From Octopus bimaculoides (taxonomy: Eukaryota): 51,022 nucleotides of DNA. Location of the stretch: contig NC_068982.1 of NCBI RefSeq assembly GCF_001194135.2, positions 138,030,258 to 138,081,279 of the forward strand. Direction: 5' to 3'. Below are positions 37,134-47,860 of this stretch, piece after piece (the stretch's first letter is position 1; each line of letters opens with the position of its first letter). A program made the translations under genes and the position numbers. Below the pieces are notes generated by a model that saw only the letters and a list, made by a program, of their open reading frames with translations, searched no databases and was not told the DNA's origin.

Positions 37134-39663
37134 TGTATATTATACCCAAAACACGTGAAAAATGGTTACTGGTGAACAGAAACAAGAAAGACCATGTTTA
37201 CAAAATTTAGAGAAGTGCTCAATTAGGATTTTAGGATTGTTCATTTTATTTCTAATGAAGACATTTCATTTGCTCAAGTGAAAAAAAAGAAGCTAATGTT
37301 TCCAAATTTTGTGAATTTGGTAAAAGGAAAGACCATTAAGAATTAATTATAGAATTTGTATATGATTAGTGCATTTTATAATTACAAGTAACATAATAAT
37401 AAATATGGTCTTCAACAATGTTACAAATAAACATCAAACTTCTTAAAACAATACACAGCATTTCTATAAACGTCTGTTTTTTTTTGTAAGTTTGTTAGTA
37501 GAAATAGTTATTGATAAACACAGATTCTGTCAATGAATTTAAACGATGTGCTAAAATTTCTAACTTCAAATATGTAAACATTATTATATGGCTAAAATAA
37601 TCTTCAGTTAAATCCCAAATCCACTTTCTTCAATTTAAGATATTTTTATATCATTCGATTTTGGAATTGGTAAATAAATAAATGTTATATGTGAAAAACA
37701 TTTAGTCATTATTGTAAAGGAATTTTGAATTTAAACTCAAAACTTAATGGAGGTAAAAATGCCTACAAACTGAATGATTACAATTTCAATTCCTTTTTTC
37801 TAAAGTTTAGCTAAATTTAGAGCAAAATGGAAAACAATTAGGAATTTCCTCTCATTAAATTTGGGATTTAACAAGGCATATATTTACATGAGAAAATATA
37901 TTTTCATACATAATATTTATCAACTAAGTCAGAAATCCCCAAAGTATCAATGACCAAGTAAAAGAAACAGTGTTGATTCAAACAGAAAACAAACACAACA
38001 TTTTTATGTAACCAAGCACAACATATTCTGTAAAATGCCACTATGACTTATAGTTTTATATCATGCAATTTGTAAATAGTAGATAGCATCATTGGTAATA
38101 TTCTAATCTGATATCAGGAGTGACAGTGCAACTCAGTTGAAATAAACACCACAAGGTATTTTTGTTTGAAAGCACAGGTTTATCAGTTATCTCACCAATA
38201 TGTACATTTTTCATCAATATACATATTGGAGAAATAGATACATATGTACAGCACTTGAAACATATTTTTTTACTGAGAAAATCAGACATTTCTTATTCAG
38301 AAGAGCAACAAATTAGCTCCAACTTCCTATTTTGCAAGTTTTCATTAAAAATTTTCAGGGTTTGCTAAGAGATATTTAAAAAAGGAAGAACTATAAATAA
38401 GAATACAAGTTTTGGCTTCATCTGATTTTCTCTAATCATCATCCACACTGTGTCAGAAGGTCACCACTCTGAAATGTTTTCCTCATCCATGTTCTTCCTG
38501 CAGACAAGGAGGGGAGAAGTTGCAACTGTTCAAGAACTGCATACATGTCAGGGGTTATGGGAAGCCTATGAAGGCCTTGGAACAGACCATTTTTTCAGAA
38601 CCCGTCGAGGGGAGGAGTTGCAACTGTTCAAGAACTGCATACATGTCAGGGGTTATGGGAGGCCTATGAAGGCCTTGGACACAGACCATTTCTTCAGAAC
38701 CCGTCATGATTAAAAAACACAGATTTATATAGCAAAATAAGATTTATATGAAATATATTGATGAGTGATAAAAGTGAGATAATAAATGAATAAAAACTAA
38801 CCTTTTCTCCCAAGAGAGAGCGTTTTCTTCCCATTTCTGTGAAGGGATTTTAATTTATTAAGAGATGATGGCAGTCCTTTCGAGCTTGAATTGTCTGAAC
38901 TTTCCTTAATGCTAAGATGGGATTCAATATGACGTGACTCACCATTCTTCTCTTTTATTTTCTTTGACTCCCAGATCTCCCCTTCACGAAGGGTAATCTC
39001 AGTTTTTTGGCAAGGAATATCTGATATTGTAGACGATTGACGAATGTGCGTCCTTGTATAGGTTGTCACTTCCTTCAGTACTTTATCTTTTGTCTTCACC
39101 TTCTTCTTTGTTTTCTTATCTTTCTTCTTTATGAAAACATTGTCATTGTTCGCCTCCTTTTCAGCTTGAATCTTTTTAAACTTTCTCGATATGTTGAACG
39201 ACATTCTCAGTCGTTCTTTCGCCCGTTTAAACAAGCTCTTCTTACGACGTACTCTCGAGTCATTATCAGAGCTAGACGACGATGAATTACTTGAGGAATG
39301 CCGAAGTTTAGAAGAATTACAAAGAAAGCCAGGAGCCGACGATGGTGACTCAATACTCGAACTACATTCCTCATCGCTTGCAAGAGGAGCAGTATTTTCA
39401 TAAGTAATTTCAGTTTTTGTCATTGAATGGAAACTGTCATCACTTAAAATGGATTCTTGTGATGCTTTTCTGTAACTGGCTCGGCGCTTGAAATTTGGTT
39501 TCTCCTCAAAGACTTCGAGTTCTGAAACTTTTTGGTAAACTGAGTTCATTGGAGTTATAGATGTGAGGCTTTCTTGATGCCTCTTCAAGAACTCTTCCAA
39601 GATAGCATTAGCTTCTTGTTTAACCATAGGAATGGTTGACTGCCTACGCCTTTTCCCAACCAT
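22621..39663 (-). CDS. BCL2L14: Bcl-2 family protein, Bcl-G (BCL2L14/BCL2L12)-like; 6 coding exons, 598 aa
   Basis: Exons 39663-38802, 34331-33942, 28399-28211, 27096-27035, 24993-24745 and 22665-22621 join in one open frame (intron phases 1,1,1,0,0; 1797 nt). C-terminal RYFEDKCAAFIVEKGGW|DSVLEDTDEEPKGE* resembles the Bcl-G BH2 and acidic tail, and the intron right after GGW is typical of the family. Family membership is firm; exact orthology is tentative. Confidence 0.85.
23660..24055 (-). mobile_element. tRNA-SINE head remnant plus family A SINE in intron 5
   Basis: gaattgaaacc...ctaaccac head, then tttcaaattttggc...gaaaggcaaagtcgacctc. Confidence 0.75.
24310..24680 (-). mobile_element. 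RTE-like LINE 3' fragment
   Basis: Minus ORF LERLTRANGVWWYGHMLGRDEEHVLKK, an RPRK-like motif and a (GAT)n tail. Confidence 0.7.
24745..24993 (-). CDS. Bcl-G-like coding exon E (aa 502-584): Bcl-2 core helices through BH2 GGW
   Basis: ttttgcag|AGT CAG TTC...GGT GGT TGG|gtacgt; 249 nt. Confidence 0.9.
25125..25560 (-). mobile_element. near full-length family B tRNA-SINE with internal microsatellite and gap
   Basis: Head aggtgcaggagtggctgtgtggtaag...ccgggttaagtccc at 25400-25560; 3' part at 25125-25320. Confidence 0.85.
25800..26620 (-). mobile_element. mixed degraded RTE-tail, SINE head and RTE ORF2 remnants
   Basis: ttctacagccagatgcccttcct (25835), SINE head at 26010-26165, decayed RT C-terminal similarity at 26200-26600. 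Confidence 0.55.
27035..27096 (-). CDS. Bcl-G-like coding exon D (aa 481-501), 62 nt
   Basis: attattttacag|CA CCA GAA...ACC TCT|gtaagt = SPELSDLEKELVEYILSIKTS; supplies the required change from phase 1 to phase 0. Confidence 0.8.
27238..27690 (-). mobile_element. two family A SINE copies between (ATT)n/(AAT)n tracts
   Basis: Core at about 27370 and 27583. Confidence 0.8.
28211..28399 (-). CDS. Bcl-G-like coding exon C (aa 418-480): DEID/G site and BH3-like helix
   Basis: ttataaacag|AT AGA GAA...; DRELDEIDGAVGG...MFKRVADKLMTLAD...PIDGIQ; donor T|gtaatt; 189 nt, phase 1-1. Confidence 0.8.
28552..29010. mobile_element. RTE-tail element (+) with (GAT)n, followed by a tRNA-SINE (-)
   Basis: ggagcctggtg...ccagtcctcagtcaaatcgtccaacccatgc..(gat)n; SINE head at 28880-29010. 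Confidence 0.7.
29647..30213 (+). mobile_element. Tc1/mariner deletion derivative with both TIRs and a DD41D (rosa-type) catalytic remnant
   Basis: TIRs GGGTGGCCCAAAAGTAGGTTTACAAT and ACTGTAAACCTACTTTTGAGTCACCCTG|TA; QDGAPPH...WPPRSPDLTPMD has 41 residues between the two aspartates. Confidence 0.85.
30905..31680. mobile_element. family A SINE copies (-) with an RTE-tail insertion (+)
   Basis: SINE cores near 30970, 31345 and 31560; ttaggaagggcatccagctgtag at 31075. Confidence 0.7.
31830..32200 (+). mobile_element. RTE-1/BovB-like LINE 3' fragment, degraded
   Basis: LFYRKLVEGK..GGQKKDFKDTLKASLKSFEINPDT...CCRAFQAHIGLIGHSQTH, ending in a C2H2-like motif. Confidence 0.75.
33028..33243. mobile_element. 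piggyBac-type MITE
   Basis: TTGA|CCCTTTAGTATT ... AATGCTAAAGGG|TTAA. Confidence 0.65.
33942..34331 (-). CDS. Bcl-G-like coding exon B (aa 288-417), 390 nt, phase 1-1
   Basis: ttgaacag|AA AGC ACT GAG...; open frame ESTEQKDIIQNIHRRTASEG...DNTEVNN; donor G|gtaagt. Confidence 0.8.
36048..36270. mobile_element. pogo/Tigger-type MITE
   Basis: TA|CAGTAATCCCTC ... GAGGGATTATTG|TA. Confidence 0.75.
38509..38705. repeat. 98/99-bp tandem duplication in the intron after exon A
   Basis: Units start at 38509 and 38607 and differ by only a few substitutions and one indel. Confidence 0.9.
38802..39663 (-). CDS. Bcl-G-like coding exon A (aa 1-287): BH4-like helix, Ser-rich and Lys-rich regions
   Basis: 288-aa ORF; acceptor ttttctatag|ctccaagATG (exon starts at 39670); donor AAAG|gttagt. 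Confidence 0.85.
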
Positions 39664-39811
39664 CTTGGAGCTATAGAAAAAGAAAATGAAACAACTGTGA
39701 AAATCAACATATAAGCTAATAAGTTAATAAATTACATCCATATTTAGATTTTTAAAATGTACAATACAGTTATGGCTCCATTCCTTTACTCACTAAAATA
39801 GTATCTACACA

Positions 39812-40103
39812 CAGTGGCAGACTGGCCAGGTTGCCAGCTTGCCCAAAGGCAAGTGGGCCCCTGAGCCATTAGAATCCATATATGGGGGCCCATGTTAGTA
39901 TCTAAGGGGCCCATCCACTCAAGTTTGATAGTTTTTTATTTACGCCTGGAAGAATGCATTGATTATTTCAGCCTGGTTATGTTTATAGACAGTTGAAAAG
40001 AATACTTTTAACAAAAAACAAAAATTAAATGACAGCATTGCAGTTGCGGGTGGGCTGCCTCAGTCTCCTGGCAACCAATATTTTTAGACCAAGTCTGCCA
40101 CTG
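39812..40103. mobile_element. hAT-type MITE with perfect 8-bp TSD
   Basis: TIRs CAGTGGCAGACT and AGTCTGCCACTG; TSD TCTACACA at 39804-39811 and 40104-40111. Confidence 0.9.
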
Positions 40104-41013
40104 TCTACACACTACCCTCATTAATGACAAAACCAAATCTTTTCTCCATAGAATGTCATACTTTTGGAATTACCAATTGCCAGTCTTATAAGGCCTGCAA
40201 AAACCTCCTGTTTTCACCTATTAAATTCTAGTATAGCCATAATTAATCAGAGATTAACTTAATTTTTTTTTTTTTTTTTTTTTTTACTATGTTATTTTTA
40301 TTAACTACATTCCAGTCATTGCAATTAATGGACAATCATATTCTAATAGCAAGTTTGAATTATATATAAATATACACTGGTATAGTTCCCATGTACTTAA
40401 TCATGACTTCACGATTACAGCTGTCAACAGTCAAAGTTACACAATACAGGTAACATGCAATGATTGTTACTGGCAACTTGTACACAATTGATCAACTTGC
40501 CATGGAGTGCAACCAAATCTCCCTCAAATGACACCCTACTGTTTTATCTAAGTATGAGCCAACTCGGAAGTCTCTACATAGTTGCTTGACCTGGAAGAAA
40601 TACAAGCCAAATCTTTCTCAAACCACACCTTACTTTCTTAAGTAAATATGAACCAACAAGAAGTGACATGGTCACTTGGCCTGCAACAAATCTCCCTCAA
40701 ATCACATTTAAACACTGAAAGGGTTGGTGCTTCTTTCATTGTTTCATAGTATAAAGGGGATCAGAGATCTTTCAACCCCTGGATGGCCCAATAGCCAGAA
40801 TGGATCTAAAATCAATGTTAGGAGTCGATAGTCCAATAATTTATCTACACAGACAAAACATTCCACCTTCTCTGCTCATCGAGATCTCACAACAAAGACC
40901 TCTACACACTTTACAAATACCAGGCCTTATAATTACCCACGAAGACCAATGTATAGCGATTATAACAATGCCAGAATTGCATCTCAAAGACTGGGCCATG
41001 TTTTTATACTCAC

Positions 41014-41073
41014 AGGAAGCAACAGTTCCTTAACCTTTGTAAGGTACATGTGTACTCTGCACTAGAGCCATTC
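41014..41073 (-). other. candidate upstream exon of the Bcl-G-like gene (60 nt, phase 2-2, open frame)
   Basis: ttctatttatgtag|G...TTC CT|gtgagt; may instead be the end of one UTR exon spanning 41281-41014. Confidence 0.3.
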
Positions 41074-41170
41074 CTACATAAATAGAAGTGATCAGTTGCT
41101 AAGCAGACTCGACGACATCAAAAATAGAAGGAAAGTTACCCAACTGGTTGGTAAGAGATCATCTACTAAC

Positions 41171-41281
41171 CCACTTTTGTCCAGTAATATCCTCCTCATC
41201 TCGTTGTTACTGCTTTGCTGAACTAGCAGACTGCGTGCACGACCATCTGATTCACTTCCATTTTTCAAATTAACCTTTGTT
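41171..41281 (-). other. candidate upstream exon of the Bcl-G-like gene (111 nt, phase 2-2, open frame)
   Basis: ttttgtcccttactag|A ACA AAG...AGT GG|gttagt; joins exon A in frame (GG|C TCC AAG ATG). Confidence 0.35.
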
Positions 41282-43365
41282 CTAGTAAGGGACAAAACTC
41301 AACAACACTCTTCTTACCCACATTTTTTTTTTGCCTTGACTCCTAACTTCAATGGCCCCACCAGCTGAGGAGATCGAAGCAATTTCCCCTCCTTTTCGAG
41401 TTACAATGTAAAAGAAAAAGGAAACAAAATGAAATCAACCCTCAAGTATTACTCCCATTGAGTTAATGGTTTATGGGAAAAGTTTTTAACTCAAATTTCA
41501 GAAAACGAAACCCTACCAAACAATCTTCAGCTGTCAGACAAATGATCCTGTATGTAGATGATGTACTCAATATCGCTGTAGGTTTCTTTATTAAACCTGC
41601 TCTCCGAGGATCGCAATGATTTCTACATCTTTATCACAACCATGCAACGAGACACGACACACTATTTCTAATTGTGGTGGAGTAGACTGAATTATTTCAT
41701 TACCCAACATAGTTATTGTTTTAGTCGCCGTATACAAGTGTTACTCTTCATATATATNNNNNNNNNNNNNNNNNNNNNNNNNNNNNNNNNNNNNNNNNNN
41801 NNNNNNNNNNNNNNNNNNNNATATAAAGAGAGAGAGATGTGTGTGTGTGTGTGTGTACGTATGTGTGAGTGTTTTGTTATTTCCAGCTCTTTGTCTCTTC
41901 AAAAGCATTATGGGCGAACTGTTTTCTAACATAGGTATAAACATCTCGATAACAGGACAGAGAAATGGCAAATTGTGACGTTTTATACTTTCCCTTAAGA
42001 ACATTAAGAAGCATACAGGAATCAGGGACGTTTTTGTTTTTACTAGGAATCGAAATCGGGTTGGGTTCGACGAGGACTTGTGTCACATCACAGTGAGTGT
42101 CACAAAAGGTAAATGTCTGTTGGTAAATAAGTACTGAAATTTCTGAAAACAATAAAGCTACGCTTGTTGAATTGAATAACGACAAACTTGACCAAACAAG
42201 CAGAGCGACTGACGAGGGTGGAAAAAGGTTTGAAAATAAAAAAGAAAGAAAGAAAGAATGATTAAAAGAAAAAGAAATGGGATCGTCTTGTGATCGTTTT
42301 TAGTTCAATGACTCATGTACAACAAATCTATCAAGTTTACGAATTTGACGTTTCATCAAGTTTTAGAGGAAGAAGAAAAACAAACAAACCAAGAAGCAAT
42401 GGAAAAAAAAGAAAACATATTAAACGTAAAAAAACAGTCCCCTACCTCTTGTATTACGTGATCGATTATAGATGTATAATAAAGCAACTGTAACACGTGT
42501 CTTGTCTTATATTAATGATAGACAGGCAGACAGACAGACTTGAGATATTTATCTCTCAATGCAAATTCCGATTTACTGATCACAACACTAATCGGTCAAC
42601 TAATATACCTTCACACACACACACACATATATATATATATACATATATATATGTGTGTGTGTCTGTGTGCGTAAGCGTGTGTGATTTTAGTCAGCAGTAA
42701 ACTTCCGAAATAACTTAGGCTCTACGTTCAACGAAATAATATATATATATTTTTTTATCATGCTTTCCTCGTTTTGTTCCTTATCTAATGTTGTCAGCAA
42801 TATATCTAACCACACACAGACACACATACACATACATACATATACACACAGTCACAGTGCGTGTACGATGCTATGTTACCAAGACCACCTCCACCACTAT
42901 CAATCACCTGGCGAGTCCGGATACCTTCCGACGCTGGGAAGAGCGAATCTACCGAAAATAGCCACCAATACCCAATGACTTAATCGAAATGCTTTCGTCA
43001 TTTAAAACAACCCCAGACTCCAATTTATGCTTTTTAGGCTTCCAATGATAACAGACTGACAACATACGGTAATTATAGAGTATGTAGAGAGATATGCACT
43101 TTCAGTAGCCCTCATACAGGTTTTATAACCTACACACAGTCTATGTACCAGGGAGACTGGCACTGGTCTGCCGTATATATATTTATTGGTATAAGGGTAA
43201 ACTTACTTTTTCGTTGGTATATCGCGGTAAAACTGTTTCCGTTATTTCAAAATCCTATGTACATTCGTGTCCCTATTAGCCACCACCACACTTGCATTAC
43301 ATCTACCGCATACAAGTAACATATATTACATAGCTATTCCATAACAAATTACACACATACACACA

Positions 43366-43412
<47 letters not shown>

Positions 43413-44020
43413 GATATGTACACACACATACATATTACATAAGCAAACACACTTCCGAACAAAATGGTCAAGTGGTTCACGAAAACTAACCATGGTGATT
43501 GAGAAATGGTGAGCAAACAATAAAATATAATGCAGCTTTGAACACAGTCGACATATAAAAAAAAAACAAAAATGAAAAAAATCTAAATATTAGATTATCT
43601 AATTAATTAAATAGACAGACTTGGTGTCTTCTCTGCATACATTACGGCTTAGCCTTTTTCCCGTAAAAAGTCCGTAGCACTTGTCAGTACATGTATTATT
43701 TAAGGAATAACAGTCGATGTAAACAAATAACTGAACGAAAAGTAATTAAGTATGAAGCTAATTTCTAGAGAAACAAAATATGTTTATCAGATGGAAGAAG
43801 AAGAAGACGGAAGAAATGAAAAATCGCAGTATGTTTAGTATTTGAATAGACAAAGAGACCACCAAGGAGTATTTTGTATGTGTGTGTCAGTGTGTACATA
43901 TGTATGTGGTGCTCTTTAAATATGAATATAAATGTTATAGTATCAATTAAAATATTCATGCAGTTGGTGTTGTCGCCAGCATTGAAATATCAATGTTGAG
44001 GAAAATGTCCATTTTTACAT

Positions 44021-44063
<43 letters not shown>

Positions 44064-44221
44064 GAAAGAGAAAGAGAGAGATATACTAAAGGGGTTGTTG
44101 GAAGATTGAGAAGAGGAAAATTATGGTTAACAAGCGAAAGGTTAATGATTTAGATAAACATCATGTTACTGGAATGTTTTAGAAACGAATTTAAACTGCG
44201 GTTGTTTTGTTTGTTTAGGCA

Positions 44222-44245
44222 CGTGTGTGTGTGTATGTATGTGTG

Positions 44246-44317
<72 letters not shown>
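44222..44317. repeat. (TG)n(AG)n compound microsatellite
   Basis: Seen directly. Confidence 0.95.
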
Positions 44318-44322
<5 letters not shown>

Positions 44323-47300
44323 TTAATAAAGCGAAGGCCAAAGTGTGTGAAAATAGGGAGGAAAAAAACTGCGAAATCAACTTTAGTATACAAGCACTTA
44401 CGCACAGACGCAGATAGCTACACATACACACATAGCAACACACACACACACACANNNNNNNNNNNNNNNNNNNNNNNNNNNNNNNNNNNNNNNNNNNNNN
44501 NNNNNNNNNNNNNNNNNNNNNNNNNNNNNNNNNNNNNNNNNNNNNNNNNNNNNNNNNNNNNNNNNNNNNNNNNNNNNNNNNNNNNNNNNNNNNNNNNNNN
44601 NNNNNNNNNNNNNNNNNNNNNNNNNNNNNNNNNNNNNNNNNNNNNNNNNNNNNNNNNNNNNNNNNNNNNNNNNNNNNNNNNNNNNNNNNNNNNNNNNNNN
44701 NNNNNNNNNNNNNNNNNNNNNNNNNNNNNNNNNNNNNNNNNNNNNNNNNNNNNNNNNNNNNNNNNNNNNNNNNNNNNNNNNNNNNNNNNNNNNNNNNNNN
44801 NNNNNNNNNNNNNNNNNNNNTATATATATATATATATCTTAAAATCTACATACAATATTTATACAGTATAGATTCATACACAATGTATTATAACCTCGAT
44901 TAAGGAGCGAAGTTCTGATTAGATAATATAGTCTAAGAGATAGAAAAAGACAGGGTGGTCATGGTTTGGAAAGTCCTTGGTCCAACAGAGCTTAGGGCCA
45001 AACGACGATGACAAAAAAAAGGAGGAAGGGAAATCATTTCTTTCGTAGTTTAGGCAAGTAACTATGTGCCCCAGGACAGAGAGATGTGATAGTGATGACG
45101 ATTATAATAACTATACGAGACAAGAGGTCTGACAGTTATAACTAATTAGTTACATCGCATAATTAACAGTTCACTCTTGAAAGAGATGAGAGAATAAAAG
45201 AGGTTTGTTTGTTTGGAAACATGGTAAAACAATTTTTAAAAAATGGTCATTAAAGTGTTTAACTTACTCGCTTTCACTGGAATTTGAACTCATTTTGTGC
45301 TTTTGTTATCGTAGCGCTTTTTGAAGGACTTCAATAAAATGTGGGTCACCATAGACCAATAGAGTGAGAAATCTGTTACTTGTGAGTGTTGTTCTTAATG
45401 TTAGGGCGGGTATCTTTTGTTTTTTCTTCTCACAGATTTCACTAAGTTTCAGATACATACTTCTAGGTTTAGGGCGATGTGTAATAATATGCCTTTCGTA
45501 GTTTTCAGTAGTAGTTCTGACTTGATAGAGGGCAAAACTAAAGCCGATTGGCTCCGACACAGATAGACAGGTTCATACTATATGTATGTAAAAACTCACG
45601 ATGCATACCTGTGTAGTGGAGCCAAACGGACAAGCAAATAGTTGAAAAGATTCGTGAAATATGACCCGAAGTTGACAGCTCGACACTGAATCTCAAATGA
45701 CTGGACTACTTGATGTTTTAAGGACTATATATAAACGAGAAAGCCAACTGGCAGAAGCAATGTAGTGAACTATTATCTTTACATTGCTGAGTGACAAACC
45801 AACGAATGATCTGGGATAACAGAGGCACAAAAACACAAAACAGAACCTACAGTATGAATAATGTAGCATTAGTGTTGGACTGCAGGCATAGCAGTCCCAC
45901 CGGGGTCTGTTTTGCCTTCCATCTTTCCAAGGGGAGGGACTAATTAAGTAAAGTACCAGTAATACTACTATTCGGTTCAGTTCGCTAGCTTTGTGGCTAA
46001 TTACAAGGAAAATTTAATTTCATAAAATATATTTTTACTAAGTCATACACAGATAGATAAATAGGAAGAAAGGAAAACAATGTAAGTGTACTGTAATTAG
46101 TATTTGTAAAAGTTGTATAACTACTTAAAAACTACTCCATGTAAAGATGTGAATATAGATAAATGTGCGCGTGTGTCTGTGTGTATAGTGAGTAGAGAGG
46201 AAGCTACTAATACAAAATAGCAGTCTGCATTTGTTAGAGTTAAGTAGCCGGTAAGCTAGGTTTTAAGATGATTCATCGCTGCCCTTCTTTCCATGGTGAA
46301 TATGTCCATCAAACACCACAAGACCTGTGCATTAAACAATAGCTTAAAGAGAAGCTTATGTTTTTGTCTTCTATTTTTCTTTCTGTTATAATCGTTCCCA
46401 ACAATACTTCTAGAGATTTTCCATTCCGCAACATTCGAAGGGGCTCGTATTTTTAAATCCCTTACAGTTTACAATTCCCCCGGATTTTTAATTTCAATGT
46501 CAGGATCTTTTTTTCTGTATGAATATTTATCTACTTCCCGTAGTTACATATATATATATATATATATATATANNNNNNNNNNNNNNNNNNNNNNNNNNNN
46601 NNNNNNNNNNNNNNNNNNNNNNNNNNNNNNNNNNNNNNNNNNNNNNNNNNNNNNNNNNNNNNNNNNNNNNNNNNNNNNNNNNNNNNNNNNNNNNNNNNNN
46701 NNNNNNNNNNNNNNNNNNNNNNNNNNNNNNNNNNNNNNNNNNNNNNNNNNNNNNNNNNNNNNNNNNNNNNNNNNNNNNNNNNNNNNNNNNNNNNNNNNNN
46801 NNNNNNNNNNNNNNNNNNNNNNNNNNNNNNNNNNNNNNNNNNNNNNNNNNNNNNNNNNNNNNNNNNNNNNNNNNNNNNNNNNNNNNNNNNNNNNNNNNNN
46901 NNNNNNNNNNNNNNNNNNNNNNNNNNNNNNNNNNNNNNNNNNNNNNNNNNNNNNNNNNNNNNNNNNNNNNNNNNNNNNNNNNNNNNNNNNNNNNNNNNNN
47001 NNNNNNNNNNNNNNNNNNNNNNNNNNNNNNNNNNNNNNNNNNNNNNNNNNNNNNNNNNNNNNNNNNNNNNNNNNNNNNNNNNNNNNNNNNNNNNNNNNNN
47101 NNNNNNNNNNNNNNNNNNNNNNNNNNNNNNNNNNNNNNNNNNNNNNNNNNNNNNNNNNNNNNNNNNNNNNNNNNNNNNNNNNNNNNNNNNNNNNNNNNNN
47201 NNNNNNNNNNNNNNNNNNNNNNNNNNNNNNNNNNNNNNNNNNNNNNNNNNNNNNNNNNNNNNNNNNNNNNNNNNNNNNNNNNNNNNNNNNNNNNNNTATT

Positions 47301-47413
47301 TATGTATGTAATAGTGTATTGTATATTACAAACGGTCTCCTTTTCCGCATCATGCAACAAAGACACGCATAATTGAACATTTCTGAATAAACACTGTGAT
47401 GCGTGAATACACG

Positions 47414-47464
<51 letters not shown>

Positions 47465-47630
47465 GAATCCAGGTTGTTAAGTGAACTCGCGAAAGTTCGT
47501 TTCGCAGTCACGGGGGTGTGAAAAGCTAATTTCCGGCATTATCTCACATACACTATGTCCCACTAATTCGGCATACATAACATTAAGGTTACATGTATCT
47601 GGAATACGCAGCCGTATACAAAGTACTTAC

Positions 47631-47662
47631 ATGTTCATCTTCGAAACCGACGGAGGATCCAT
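47631..47662 (-). CDS. candidate first coding exon of the Bcl-G-like gene (MDPPSVSKMN, phase 2)
   Basis: gccATGG context, CpG-rich, perfect donor AT|gtaagt; phase 2 matches the acceptor at 39670. No homology support. Confidence 0.4.
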
Positions 47663-47784
47663 GGCATTTTTTTTTTTGTCTCCGTTCTTTTTTATTATTA
47701 TTTTACTGAATCTCAATCTACGATGCTTAAAACATACATCGGAAGATTTCAACTGGTTTTGGCGCACTAATTTCCGACAACAGA

Positions 47785-47860
47785 CACACACATACAAACA
47801 CATACACATAAAAACACATACAAACACATACACATAAAAACACATACAAACACATACACA
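47785..47860. repeat. 26-bp CA-rich minisatellite (~2.7 units)
   Basis: catacaaacacatacacataaaaaca repeated from 47791. Confidence 0.85.

Noticed and set aside
39037-39403. + strand ORFs overlapping exon A
   Set aside because: Antisense shadows of the real coding exon, with no independent signals.
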